From Crocosphaera subtropica ATCC 51142 (GTDB lineage: Bacteria; Cyanobacteriota; Cyanobacteriia; Cyanobacteriales; Microcystaceae): 32,000 bases of DNA. Under the pieces are notes generated by a model. It had not been told where the DNA came from and did no database searches. It saw only the letters and a list, made by a program, of their open reading frames with translations. Below are positions 1 through 9,779 of this stretch, piece by piece; position 1 is the stretch's first letter, and every line of letters starts with the position of its first letter. The stretch is taken from NCBI RefSeq assembly GCF_000017845.1, contig NC_010546.1, positions 2,280,001 through 2,312,000 on the forward strand, read 5' to 3'. Made by a program: the position numbers and the translations under genes.

Positions 1-1844
1 TCATTAAACCCCTCGACGGCAATCATGGCCGAGGTATCACCATCGATATCAATAGTTGGAAAGAAGCAGAAGAAGCCTACGATCTCGCCTCAGAAGAGTC
101 AAAAACCCGTACCGTCATTGTGGAACGGTTCTACAAAGGAAGTGATCACCGTCTTCTGGTGATTAACGGAAAATTGGTGGCCGTGGCCGAGAGGGTTCCG
201 GCTCATGTGATAGGAGATGATAAACATACCATCGAAGAACTCATCGACATCACTAACGAAGACCCTAGACGGGGAGAAGGTCATGATAACGTTTTAACCC
301 GAATTAAAGTGGATAAGACAGTGTTAGGAATGCTCGATAAGCAAGGGTTACGCCTTGACAGCATTCTTGACAAAGGGGAGATCGTCTATTTACGAGCAAC
401 AGCAAACCTTAGCACCGGGGGAAGTGCTATCGATCGCACCGACGATATTCACCCCGAAAACCTCTGGATGGCCGAACGGGTGGCTAAAATTATTGGCCTT
501 GACATAATGGGTATCGATGTGGTGACACCCGATATTACCAAACCCCTCCGAGACGTGGATGGGGTGATCGTTGAGGTCAACGCAGCCCCAGGGTTTCGGA
601 TGCACGTCGCCCCCTCTCAAGGGTTATCCCGTAACGTGGCTGCGCCGGTGATGGATATGCTCTTTCCCCCAGAAAGTCCCAGTCGCGTCCCCATCGTCGC
701 CATTACCGGTACCAATGGGAAGACAACGACCACCCGCTTAACTGCCCATATTTATCGTCAAACGGGGAAAGTGGTGGGTTACACCAGTACGGACGGGGTT
801 TATATTGGGGAATATTTAGTGGAAAAAGGAGACAATACCGGGCCCTTTAGTGCCGGGATGATCCTCAAAGATCCCACCGTGGAAGTGGCCGTATTAGAAA
901 GTGCAAGAGGAGGCATTTTGCGATCGGGTCTGGCCTTTGATACCTGTGATGTGGGTATTGTCCTCAACGTGGCCGCTGATCACCTGGGGTTAGGAGACAT
1001 TAATACCATCGAACAAATGGCCAGGGTGAAAGGGGTGGTCGCAGAAGTGGTTCACGCCGATGGTTACGCAGTGCTTAACGCCGATGATCCCCTGGTGGCT
1101 GCTATGGCTGAACAGGTCAAAGGAAAAGTGGCTTACTTTTCGATGAACCCTGATAACGAAATCATCCACAACCATACCCGACGAGATGGCATGGCTGCCG
1201 TCTACGAAAACGGTTATATTTCTATCTTAGAAGGACAATTTACCCTGAGAATTGAAGAAGCAGTTAATGTCCCGATGACGATGGGGGGAATGGCTCCGTT
1301 TATGATCGCCAACGCCTTAGCTGCTTGTTTGGCCGCCTTCTGTCAAGGGGTCGATATCGAAGACATTCGCCAAGGGGTGAGAACTTTTAAAGCCTCTGCC
1401 AATCAAACCCCAGGGCGGATGAATCTCTTTAATTTAGGGGATTATCACGCTTTGGTCGATTACGCTCATAACCCCGCCGGTTACGAAGCCGTTGGGGAGT
1501 TTGTGAAGAACTGGAAAGGACAACGGTTAGGAGTTGTCGGTGGACCCGGCGATCGCAGGGATGAAGATTTGATTCTGCTTGGTAAAATTGCTGCCAGGGT
1601 GTTTGATCGCATCCTTGTTAAAGAAGATGACGACAAACGTGGACGGGCCCGAGGAGAAGCTGCTGATTTAATTATTGACGGCATTCTCAGCGAAAATGAT
1701 AAAGCAGACTACGAAGCCATTTTAGATGAGACAGAAGCTATCGAATACGGCTTAGATAAGGTGGATAAAGGAGGGTTAGTGGTGATTTTCCCCGAAAGCG
1801 TTACTCGGGCCATTTCACTCATTAATCGACGTAACCCCATCTAA
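1..1844 (+). CDS. cphA: cyanophycin synthetase, 3' portion (5' end lies upstream of the window)
   Basis: The reading frame is open from base 3 (IKPLDGNHGRGITIDI...) and continuous with the 120..1844 ORF. An ATP-grasp-like segment is followed by a Mur-ligase-like module with the P-loop ITGTNGKTTT. Organisation and sequence are typical of CphA. Confidence 0.93.
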   Translation, partial: IKPLDGNHGRGITIDINSWKEAEEAYDLASEESKTRTVIVERFYKGSDHRLLVINGKLVAVAERVPAHVIGDDKHTIEELIDITNEDPRRGEGHDNVLTRIKVDKTVLGMLDKQGLRLDSILDKGEIVYLRATANLSTGGSAIDRTDDIHPENLWMAERVAKIIGLDIMGIDVVTPDITKPLRDVDGVIVEVNAAPGFRMHVAPSQGLSRNVAAPVMDMLFPPESPSRVPIVAITGTNGKTTTTRLTAHIYRQTGKVVGYTSTDGVYIGEYLVEKGDNTGPFSAGMILKDPTVEVAVLESARGGILRSGLAFDTCDVGIVLNVAADHLGLGDINTIEQMARVKGVVAEVVHADGYAVLNADDPLVAAMAEQVKGKVAYFSMNPDNEIIHNHTRRDGMAAVYENGYISILEGQFTLRIEEAVNVPMTMGGMAPFMIANALAACLAAFCQGVDIEDIRQGVRTFKASANQTPGRMNLFNLGDYHALVDYAHNPAGYEAVGEFVKNWKGQRLGVVGGPGDRRDEDLILLGKIAARVFDRILVKEDDDKRGRARGEAADLIIDGILSENDKADYEAILDETEAIEYGLDKVDKGGLVVIFPESVTRAISLINRRNPI

Positions 1845-1870
1845 ACAATAAACTAAACATCATCATCATC

Positions 1871-1910
1871 GGGAAGTGGGATCAGCGATCGCACTTCCTC
1901 TAATTTTGTC
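1871..1910 (+). terminator. candidate intrinsic terminator after cphA
   Basis: Stem GGAAGTG (1872-1878) pairs with CACTTCC (1892-1898). The 13-nt loop overlaps a HIP1 octamer. A T-rich TCTAATTTTGT follows, and the hairpin starts 27 nt after the cphA stop. Confidence 0.4.
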
Positions 1911-2290
1911 TAATATTGAGCTTATTGATAAGTAAACATTATTAAATAATCGATAATAGTTTTAAGATTCAATATATCAAGGATCGATAACATTGATAAT
2001 AAGTCTCAATAAGTAACGAGTTTCCGCCTTTGTGGTATGATAGTTAAGAATGAAAATCTACAGTACGTTTGTCTGCTTTCAAAAAAATAGTCTCTAACCT
2101 CGATAACTTCGTAATCCTATTATCTTTGTGCTTGTGTTAACTCCCTTTTTTTTAATTACTTTGAGCTAATGTACTACTTTTTTGATCAGTACAAATGATT
2201 TTATGTTGACAAAAGTGACACTTTATGATTTCGATCAGAGAAATAATTTTTTTGGTAACATAATGCAAAACAAGGAGGATAACTAGAGCT

Positions 2291-2584
2291 ATGACAACAG
2301 AAGTAATCGAAAAACGGTCTTCGTCCACCTCTACGGTTCGTAAACCAGCCCCTCGGTATCGGGTTTTACTCCATAATGACGACTTCAACTCTATGGAATA
2401 TGTGGTTCAAACCTTGATGCAAACCGTATCGGGAATGACCCAACCCCAAGCCGTTGATATTATGATGGAAGCTCATACCAATGGAACTGCTTTGGTGATT
2501 ACTTGTGCTTTAGAACCAGCAGAATTTTATTGTGAAACATTAAAAAATCACGGTTTAACCAGCACCATTGAACCAGACGAGTAA
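2291..2584 (+). CDS. clpS: ATP-dependent Clp protease adaptor ClpS
   Basis: The 97-aa product carries the ClpS core YRVLLHNDDFNSMEYVVQTL...QAVDIMMEAHTNGTALV. A strong SD (AAGGAGG, 2272-2278) precedes the ATG. Confidence 0.9.
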   Translation: MTTEVIEKRSSSTSTVRKPAPRYRVLLHNDDFNSMEYVVQTLMQTVSGMTQPQAVDIMMEAHTNGTALVITCALEPAEFYCETLKNHGLTSTIEPDE

Positions 2585-2677
2585 GATTGATCACAATATC
2601 AAAAACTCGAAATAATGGTTTAGATATTTATTTCCTAATAATATTATTACTTGAAACCTTAGCATAAATTAAAATCC

Positions 2678-3511
2678 TTGAAACTTAATTTCACCATAAT
2701 TGCTAATTACCCAGCACCTTTTAGGCTGGGAATTTTTATAATTTTCCTCTTGCTTTTATGGCTTCCTCTAGCTATTCCTCTTTATTTTTTATTTAAAAAT
2801 GATCCTAATTTAACTACGATAATAACGATGGCAATACTTTATTTAGAGTTTGTTGCTTTGTTATTTATTTGGAACAAAAAAGTTTATAAAATTAATTATT
2901 GGTGGCGAGACTATGGATTAGTATTTACTCGAAAAAATGGGATTGAGTTGCTCAATGGTTTAAGTTTAGGTTTATTTTTTACCTTTGGATTGTTTATTAT
3001 AGAAGCAATTTTAGGGTGGATTGAATTTGTTCCACCTGCTGATAATTTTACCTTGATTCTTTTTGAAGGTTTATTAAGTGCTTTAGGGATTGGGTTAGCA
3101 GAAGAATTATTTTTTAGAGGTTGGTTATTAGAAGAACTAAAAAAAGATTATCGTCCGAAACTTTTTATTCTTTTAAACGGAATTATTTTTGCAACGTTAC
3201 ACTTTTTAAAGCCGATAGAAGAAATTATTAGGACGTTTCCGCAATTTCCGGCCCTATTTTTATTAGGAATTACATTAGTTTGGGCGAAAATGGGTCATGG
3301 TAACCGTATAGGTGTTTGTATTGGACTACATGGGGGTTTAGTGTGGGGATACTATATATTAAATGTAGGAAAATTAGTGAATTATACAAATAAAGTTTCT
3401 CCCTTAATAACAGGAATTGATAATAATCCCATTGCCGGCATTATGGGATTAATTGGATTAAGCTTGTTAAGTTTTTTGATGAAACAAAAAGTTCAAAAAT
3501 CACGAATATAG
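2678..3511 (+). CDS. CPBP family (CAAX/Abi-type) intramembrane glutamic endopeptidase
   Basis: Multi-pass hydrophobic protein with CPBP motif 1 AEELFFRGW (EExxxR) and motif 2 FATLHF (FxxxH). The start shown is TTG as in the ORF track. The first ATG is about 50 codons downstream, so the 5' end is uncertain. Confidence 0.75.
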   Translation: MKLNFTIIANYPAPFRLGIFIIFLLLLWLPLAIPLYFLFKNDPNLTTIITMAILYLEFVALLFIWNKKVYKINYWWRDYGLVFTRKNGIELLNGLSLGLFFTFGLFIIEAILGWIEFVPPADNFTLILFEGLLSALGIGLAEELFFRGWLLEELKKDYRPKLFILLNGIIFATLHFLKPIEEIIRTFPQFPALFLLGITLVWAKMGHGNRIGVCIGLHGGLVWGYYILNVGKLVNYTNKVSPLITGIDNNPIAGIMGLIGLSLLSFLMKQKVQKSRI

Positions 3512-3582
3512 ATGATATCAAAAGTATTTAATCTGGGTATCTTTATTTTATATTGTTTCACTGAACTCTCCTGTAATAGATT

Positions 3583-4149
3583 ATGATTGACCACAATTCA
3601 AAACGAATACTCAGGTTATTGAGTAATCAATCTAAGTCACGAGGATTTACCCTATTAGAATTATTAATTACTGTGATTATTGTCGGTGTCCTTGCTGCTA
3701 TAGCAATACCCAGTTTAGTTGGTCAAGTAGCTCGTTCTAGGGAAACAGAAGCGATGACAACCATCGGTGCGCTTAATCGCGCTCAAGTTGCTTACCGTTA
3801 TGAATACGGAACCTTTGCATTAATCGGAGAAACGGCAGGGACAATAGTCATACAACCCTCTCAACTGGAAGTTCCCATAACTTCAAAATACTATTCTTAT
3901 CGAGATATTCCCCTTCCAGGAACTGATGAAGAAAGAGCAAAGTATGGTGCAACAGCTTTACCTGAGTATACTAACAGTTTAAAAAATTATAGTGGGGGTA
4001 TCAGATACATCGCTAGTACCAATACTTTTAACACCGTTCTTTGTCGAGGAAATGATCATACAGAAGACAACATCAATAATATTCGTCCTATCTTAAACAT
4101 AGGATCAGGAGGATGGACTTGTTTTGGCAATAGTACAGAACTTAAATAA
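3583..4149 (+). CDS. type IV pilin-like protein (prepilin with class III signal peptide)
   Basis: The leader ends in the canonical prepilin peptidase site SRG|FTLLELLITVIIVGVLAAIAIP, with Glu at +5. A hydrophobic alpha1-N helix follows. Two C-terminal Cys residues (CRGND...WTCFG) fit a D-region disulfide. Confidence 0.8.
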   Translation: MIDHNSKRILRLLSNQSKSRGFTLLELLITVIIVGVLAAIAIPSLVGQVARSRETEAMTTIGALNRAQVAYRYEYGTFALIGETAGTIVIQPSQLEVPITSKYYSYRDIPLPGTDEERAKYGATALPEYTNSLKNYSGGIRYIASTNTFNTVLCRGNDHTEDNINNIRPILNIGSGGWTCFGNSTELK

Positions 4150-4226
4150 CCTCAGTTCGGGGTTAGAAGTTCGGAGGTCGAAGCTTATTCCAAATTAAAT
4201 TTAGGTTAAATAGTAAATTATTAATC

Positions 4227-7200
4227 CTACCAAGGACTACCAATTAAAGTAAACCCACTCCAAAAATAAGGATGTTCTAAAGATTGATCTCCTAATGCTG
4301 CTAGTTGGGGAGGTAAAGATAGACGATTATCAGGAGTGACTAATTGACCCTTTTTTATGTAAACGTCTCCTCTTAATAAGCTTAATTGTGCTTCTCGTAT
4401 GGCTTTAGTTTTTAAGGGAATTTGATTTAATTGTTCATAAAAGCGAGTCATTAAGGCAAGGGTTCCTTCGTCACTCACTTCCCAAAGACTTCCTAACACC
4501 GTTTTAACTTGCGCTAACACTGCAGCACCAGCAAAGCCTAATTCTGCTTCACGATCGCCTAAAGCGGTGCGACAAGCACTTAATACCAGTAATTCAATTT
4601 GTGGATCGCCAAAATTAAATTCTTTGAACTGATCTAATGTCAGTTGATTTTGCCAAAATTGAATATAAGAATTGTCCAATGTTCCCGTTTCAAAATTAGC
4701 ATGGGTGGCTAAATGAATAATCCCAAATTTTCCCGATTGATGAGCTTGCTGTAACTGTTTAAGGGTAAAATTTTCATTGAGAAATGAGTCTCCTTGCCAT
4801 AAGCGATCGGCAATGACCGATAACTCTAAAGGAACCGCCGGTAAAGGATTTTGTTGAGTAAATTCTGATGCACCCATCGCTAAAACTTGTTGCTGCGTCA
4901 TATCTTGATAGCGAGTATCACTCAAGGCTAAACTGGGCATGATACCCATATTATATTGTTCGATTAAAAATTCTGAACCATCATAAAGCGCGGCCAGAGG
5001 AACAGAACGCAATCCTCCCTCTACAATAAAAATAAGGGTGTCAATCTTAGCTGTGTCTAATGCTGTTTTGAGGGGTTGGATAAACCATTGATACAATTGT
5101 TGAGCCGGTTGACCATAAGCACTAGGACGGCGAGGATTAGTAATGGTGCTTTGAAAGTCAGCAACCGTGGAGAGGACTTGCTCACGGGTAACGTCTGTTA
5201 TGGGTTGGCGAATAACTTTACCCGATGCTGTTACTAGCATCAATTCTAATTGATCCTCTGGAGAGCTTTGATTGTTTGGTTGTTGAGGTTGTGCTGCTTG
5301 AGGAGAAGATTGAAACCTCCAGAGGGTTTGAGTGTCAGGGTTTTGAATAGAGGGTGATTGAGGTCGAAAAAAGATATAAATCAAGCCAGGTTTTAAACCG
5401 GTTAAGGTTTGACCTTCTTGTAAAATAGTCTGAGTTTGTTCAAGATTTAAAGGGGATACGGGTTCAATGCCTAAATGGTTGGCAAATTCTATGGTAAACC
5501 CTTGCTCAATATTTCTCAGCATAGCGCGATCGCTGTCTAAATTCGTCGTTAAACCGGTTTCGTTGGGTGATTGTCCTAACTCTGAGGTTTCAGTGTAAGC
5601 ATTATTTAAGTTAACGACAAATTCCAACCCAGGAGGTTTCGGGGTTGTAGGGGAAGCAGAGGGAGCAGAGGGAGCAGAGGAAGCAGAGGAAGCAGAGGAA
5701 GCAGGGGGAACAGAGGAAGCAGAGGGAGCAGGGGGAACAGAGGAAGCAGGGGGAGCAGAGGGAGCAGGGGGAACAGAGGAAGCAGGGGGAGCAGAGGGAA
5801 CAGGGGGTACTGGAGGTTCTGGGGTCATAAACTCAATGGCAACCCCATTAATGGTAATGGTTGAATTATTATCAGTTCCTGCGCTATTAAGGATATCTGG
5901 GGTCAACTGGTCGATTTGATCGGGGTCAAAAGGAATACCACCAATGATCACCTCTCCTCTTATCTCTCCATTGGTAGCTAAGGTTTCGAGATTAATCATC
6001 CCACCAGTGCCATTAGTGGATGAAGTATTAATGGTTTCTACTTCAATGATGGGAACGTTATCATTCGTATTTCCCTGGGCCGTAAGAGTAACTGAACCAC
6101 CACCGTCAGCAAAGGAAGTGTCAATATGACCGACAGTAACCTGACAACTATTCATTTGACGACAGCCATTTCCGAGCCGTTCAATGGTTAAGTCTCGTCC
6201 TGGAGCAATAATTGCGTCATCAGAATTCATTCTGAAACTGCCTACAGCCACTGCATCTGCATTAGCTCGAAAAATAATACTTCCTGAACCGGGTTGAAAG
6301 GTCAGTGCATCATCTGATAAATCTTCGATAGTGATATCGTTTTCGGCTTCGAGGATAATATTAGTGTTTCCAGATAATCCTTCTAATTCTGACTCAAAAA
6401 TTATCGTATTATTGGGAGGATCATTCCTTAAGATTTGTCCAATTTGACCGTTATTGTTCCCTGCAAAGGTATCGATGCCATCGGTTCCACTATCTCCCTC
6501 ACCGTCTTTGATAAGAATATTTTCAGGATCTAAAAGTAGGGTTCCAAAATCACCATTAACAGCACTGGTGTCGACAGTTCCTCGAAAAATTAGCTGTTGT
6601 TTGCCCGAAACTTCTACGAACCCCCCATTTCCTGCAATATTGCCCCCTCGACTGCTAATATTTCCATAAAATCCTGTGATCTCCTCTGACCAAACCGTGA
6701 CTTGACCCCCGTTACCCTGATTCATACTATCGCTGCGAAGGGTTGAACCTGAGTTAATTAAAGTACGTTGAGCAGTGGGAATGGTTGTTTGTCCTCGATA
6801 ATCTCCTCCCACTCTGATGGTTCCCCCTCCGGTGTTTCCTGACCCATCAATTTGAGCATTGATGACTGCAATGCGATCGCCGATCAAGGTTACGTTACCC
6901 CCGACTCCACTGGGTGAAGATGCGTCTAAAGTTCCTGATGTAACTAGGGTTGCTGGTGTGTTGGGAAGGTTAGCATTGTTTTCGGTTAATTGAATGCTTT
7001 GCTCGTTATTGGTACTAATATTTAAGTCTAAAGTTTGACTGCCTTCTGTTAGTAACGTCGGTAAATCTTGGGGTTTAATGTTTAATAATTCGGCATTGGT
7101 TTCTCTCGGTGCAGTAATTTCTAAACTGATGAGACTGCCGGGTTGAGAAATTCTAATGCGGTTGGTTCCTGGAATAGCTGAAATGGTAATATTTCCCCCT

Positions 7201-7829
7201 GGTGCTTTGAGAGTTCCCGTATTAACAATAGTGTTTCCTATTAGGGTAAGGTTATGACCCTCTGCAACGGTTAAATTCCCTGTATTAATAATATGACCGG
7301 ACTGCGTTAAATCAAAGGCAAATTGAGAGGGATCACCGATTAGTAATTGATAATTATTCGTTCCTACAGCATTAAACCAATAATTATTATCAAATCCCAT
7401 CCCTGTAGCAGTTATAGCGGTAAAATCAGCCGGTAAATTAAGCTGAACATTAGGACCAAAAACAATCCCTGCAGGATTCATTAAAAATAGGTTAGGGTTG
7501 CCACCAGTTATGGTAATCAGACCATTAATAATCGAAGCATCACCCCCAACGATTCGGGTTAAAATATTACGAATTTGAGGATTAGCTAAAAAGTTAGCAA
7601 TTTGCTCCCTATTCAGTCCAAATTTTTCTAAACTATGGAAAAGATTTGTCCCGTCTCCTGATAAACTTCCCCCTTCTATATTGAATTGATTTCCTTCTTG
7701 ATTAACAATGGTTCCTGTGCCATCATTTGCAGGGGTAATGGACTGACTTAAGGTAGGATTAATATGATTAATTTCTGTTAACCCTATCAACATAAAAACT
7801 AAATATTTTGTTATTTTTATTAACTTCAT
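4227..7829 (-). CDS. two-partner-secretion exoprotein (TpsA) with filamentous-haemagglutinin-type N-terminus and C-terminal CHAT protease domain
   Basis: Signal-like N-terminus. TPS domain motifs NLFHSLEKF and NPNLFLMNPAGIVFG. G/N/T-rich beta-helix-type repeats include GNGGFVEVSGKQ...GTLLLDPENILI. A Pro/Ser linker follows. The C-terminal CHAT-type region (QLYQWFIQPL...LRSVPLAAL) carries HLATHA (His1043, nt 4701-4703) and LVLSAC (Cys1086, nt 4572-4574). An SD (GAGGAG) lies upstream of the ATG. Confidence 0.85.
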   Translation of the reverse strand: MKLIKITKYLVFMLIGLTEINHINPTLSQSITPANDGTGTIVNQEGNQFNIEGGSLSGDGTNLFHSLEKFGLNREQIANFLANPQIRNILTRIVGGDASIINGLITITGGNPNLFLMNPAGIVFGPNVQLNLPADFTAITATGMGFDNNYWFNAVGTNNYQLLIGDPSQFAFDLTQSGHIINTGNLTVAEGHNLTLIGNTIVNTGTLKAPGGNITISAIPGTNRIRISQPGSLISLEITAPRETNAELLNIKPQDLPTLLTEGSQTLDLNISTNNEQSIQLTENNANLPNTPATLVTSGTLDASSPSGVGGNVTLIGDRIAVINAQIDGSGNTGGGTIRVGGDYRGQTTIPTAQRTLINSGSTLRSDSMNQGNGGQVTVWSEEITGFYGNISSRGGNIAGNGGFVEVSGKQQLIFRGTVDTSAVNGDFGTLLLDPENILIKDGEGDSGTDGIDTFAGNNNGQIGQILRNDPPNNTIIFESELEGLSGNTNIILEAENDITIEDLSDDALTFQPGSGSIIFRANADAVAVGSFRMNSDDAIIAPGRDLTIERLGNGCRQMNSCQVTVGHIDTSFADGGGSVTLTAQGNTNDNVPIIEVETINTSSTNGTGGMINLETLATNGEIRGEVIIGGIPFDPDQIDQLTPDILNSAGTDNNSTITINGVAIEFMTPEPPVPPVPSAPPASSVPPAPSAPPASSVPPAPSASSVPPASSASSASSAPSAPSASPTTPKPPGLEFVVNLNNAYTETSELGQSPNETGLTTNLDSDRAMLRNIEQGFTIEFANHLGIEPVSPLNLEQTQTILQEGQTLTGLKPGLIYIFFRPQSPSIQNPDTQTLWRFQSSPQAAQPQQPNNQSSPEDQLELMLVTASGKVIRQPITDVTREQVLSTVADFQSTITNPRRPSAYGQPAQQLYQWFIQPLKTALDTAKIDTLIFIVEGGLRSVPLAALYDGSEFLIEQYNMGIMPSLALSDTRYQDMTQQQVLAMGASEFTQQNPLPAVPLELSVIADRLWQGDSFLNENFTLKQLQQAHQSGKFGIIHLATHANFETGTLDNSYIQFWQNQLTLDQFKEFNFGDPQIELLVLSACRTALGDREAELGFAGAAVLAQVKTVLGSLWEVSDEGTLALMTRFYEQLNQIPLKTKAIREAQLSLLRGDVYIKKGQLVTPDNRLSLPPQLAALGDQSLEHPYFWSGFTLIGSPW
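5655..5825 (-). repeat. in-frame tandem array of about 19 copies of a 9-bp unit (plus strand AGCAGAGGR / AACAGAGGA) encoding the Pro/Ser/Ala linker of TpsA
   Basis: Read directly from the sequence. There are 17 near-identical 9-mers from 5655 to 5807 plus two degenerate units. They translate on the minus strand to PPVPSAPPASSVPPAPSAPPASSVPPAPSASSVPPASSASSASSAPSAPSA. Confidence 0.9.
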
Positions 7830-7877
7830 TTTCTCTTAACTCCTCGTTTCATAGTCATTTTACTTTTCTTCTAAAAC

Positions 7878-9611
7878 CTAAGGAGAATAATTAATTTGAA
7901 AATATAAGCCTTTTTCTTGAAGATTGTTACCGAAATGGGGTAAAGAAATTAAAGGAATTCCATAATCTAAACGTAGGGTTAATCCTTCAATGGTAGCAGC
8001 ATCATTCCAAATTAATCCTAATCCAGTTCCCATGATAAACTTTTTATTTTGTGAATTATCATTGTCTGTTGCAAACCAGACTGTTCCCATATCAATAAAA
8101 GGAGCAATTTCCAGAGTTGATTCATTTACACTATTATCCAGAATGTTAATTCTATTTTCTACAGATAATCTAAAGCCATTGTCCCCAAATCTAATATTTT
8201 GTCGATACCCTCTAACAGATTCTGCTCCTCCTATAATAAACCATTGATCCGGTAATAAAGGATCAGGAGTTAACTGTAATTCTCCTCGAATAATCATCAA
8301 ATGATTGTCATCCCATCGCTGTACTCTCTGTCCTTGAAATAACCAACTAAAAAAGCGACTATCAGGGGTTGAACCTGAGCGAATGGTCGCATCAAATAAA
8401 TCAACTCCCCAATTAAATTGAGAGCGTAAGAACCAAAATCCTTGTTCATCTCGACTTAAATAATCTTGTCCCAATTGAACAATGGTAGAGCGATTTCTAG
8501 CGTTTTCAATGGGTGCAATTTCTCCATTAATTAAGGTTTGTCCATTTTGATAACGAAACCCCACAGATAAGGCAAATTCATCGGATAAATTACGCCATAA
8601 TGGTTGACGAAAACTCATTTCATAAACTTGTTTGTTTCCTGTAATATTAAAATCATCTAAAGGCTCTTGTGTAATTCTTGTCCAAGTCGGAATTACTCGA
8701 ATTTGTAGGGTTCCTTCTTGGGGATTTAAAGGGAGTTGATAAATCGCATCGAGGGTATTTCCTCCATCAGTAGTTGAGCGATAATAAGACAAAGAAATAT
8801 TATCTCCCCATCCTGTTAAATTGTTGTTTTGTAAAAAAGTTCCAGTCCTATCTGAGCCAATACTGGGAGGCGAAAAGTTATCAATTCCTAGACCAAATTG
8901 CCATCTTTCACTTTCTTTTACTGTCACAACGATAATACTTAATCCCGGTTTTCCTGATGCTTTAAGGTTAGCATCAACTGTGTCTAACAGTGGATTTAAA
9001 GAGAGTCGTCTTAACTGTTTTTCTAATTGGGTAATATTAAGGGGTGAAGTAATTCCTAAAAGAAGGCGATCGCAAAGATAACCTAGGTGTAAATTTTTTC
9101 TACCGATTAAGTTTAATTCAGAAAGATTTCCCTCAATAATAGTGATTTTAGCCTCTGTATTTTTTGTTATGCTAGATAAAGGCTGGATAGTGGCTTTTGA
9201 AGTAATATAACCTTCTGTTAAATAATAGTTAGTAATTGTATCCGCTAAGATTTGATAAACTTGGTTGAATGTTTCTAAATTTAAGTTTTTTCCTTGATAA
9301 GTTTGAATAATATTATTGACTTCTGGAAAATCCATAATTTGCTGTGTGGTGAAGGCAGTATTTCCTGTTACTATAATCTCAATTGTTTTTTTCTCAACTA
9401 TCAAAGAGAATAAAAAATTGTTGTCAACTAAATCAGTTTTAGATTGAAAAATTAGAGGACAATTTTCTATGGTTTTTATCTCTTCAGCATTGGTTTTAAT
9501 AATAGAATTACTACTATCTTTTTCTGGTATAGATTCCATTTCATTTAGAGAGTTAGCAAATACTTCAATCTGTATGATCACTAATAATAAGCATAAACCC
9601 AGAAAAACCAT
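7878..9611 (-). CDS. ShlB/FhaC/HecB-family outer-membrane transporter (TpsB) with POTRA region
   Basis: Signal-like N-terminus MVFLGLCLLLVIIQIEVFANS. POTRA-type segment IEIIVTGNTAFTTQQI...YYLTEGYITSKATIQP...ITIIEGNLSELNLIGRKNL. A long beta-rich C-terminal barrel-like region follows. The gene ends 48 nt upstream of tpsA and is co-oriented with it. Confidence 0.85.
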   Translation of the reverse strand: MVFLGLCLLLVIIQIEVFANSLNEMESIPEKDSSNSIIKTNAEEIKTIENCPLIFQSKTDLVDNNFLFSLIVEKKTIEIIVTGNTAFTTQQIMDFPEVNNIIQTYQGKNLNLETFNQVYQILADTITNYYLTEGYITSKATIQPLSSITKNTEAKITIIEGNLSELNLIGRKNLHLGYLCDRLLLGITSPLNITQLEKQLRRLSLNPLLDTVDANLKASGKPGLSIIVVTVKESERWQFGLGIDNFSPPSIGSDRTGTFLQNNNLTGWGDNISLSYYRSTTDGGNTLDAIYQLPLNPQEGTLQIRVIPTWTRITQEPLDDFNITGNKQVYEMSFRQPLWRNLSDEFALSVGFRYQNGQTLINGEIAPIENARNRSTIVQLGQDYLSRDEQGFWFLRSQFNWGVDLFDATIRSGSTPDSRFFSWLFQGQRVQRWDDNHLMIIRGELQLTPDPLLPDQWFIIGGAESVRGYRQNIRFGDNGFRLSVENRINILDNSVNESTLEIAPFIDMGTVWFATDNDNSQNKKFIMGTGLGLIWNDAATIEGLTLRLDYGIPLISLPHFGNNLQEKGLYFQINYSP

Positions 9612-9779
9612 ATTATAACCTGTTATTAACCAATGAAGTATTATTTATCATAGATTTTTGAGCAAATTGAGGTACATTTTAGCACTGAACTGTTAAAAAT
9701 ATAACAAATTTTATACTCCTATAAGTAGTCGGACATAAATATAATTAACTGTCCTAAGAAATGTAAATTAAAACCTTCC

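Noticed and set aside
99-1684. Four minus-strand ORFs inside cphA (99..284, 390..620, 990..1175, 1481..1684)
   Set aside because: They are antisense shadow ORFs wholly within a confidently identified gene. Their products are low-complexity or odd in composition, with no motifs.
2152-2388. 78-aa minus-strand ORF overlapping the clpS start
   Set aside because: It overlaps the clpS SD and start codon and the AT-rich promoter region. The sequence is not protein-like. It is most likely spurious.
4227-7829. Interpretation of tpsBA as a contact-dependent inhibition (CdiB/CdiA) toxin system
   Set aside because: There is no VENN-type pre-toxin motif and no small immunity ORF downstream (the next gene is convergent). 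The C-terminal module is a CHAT-type protease region rather than a nuclease or pore toxin.
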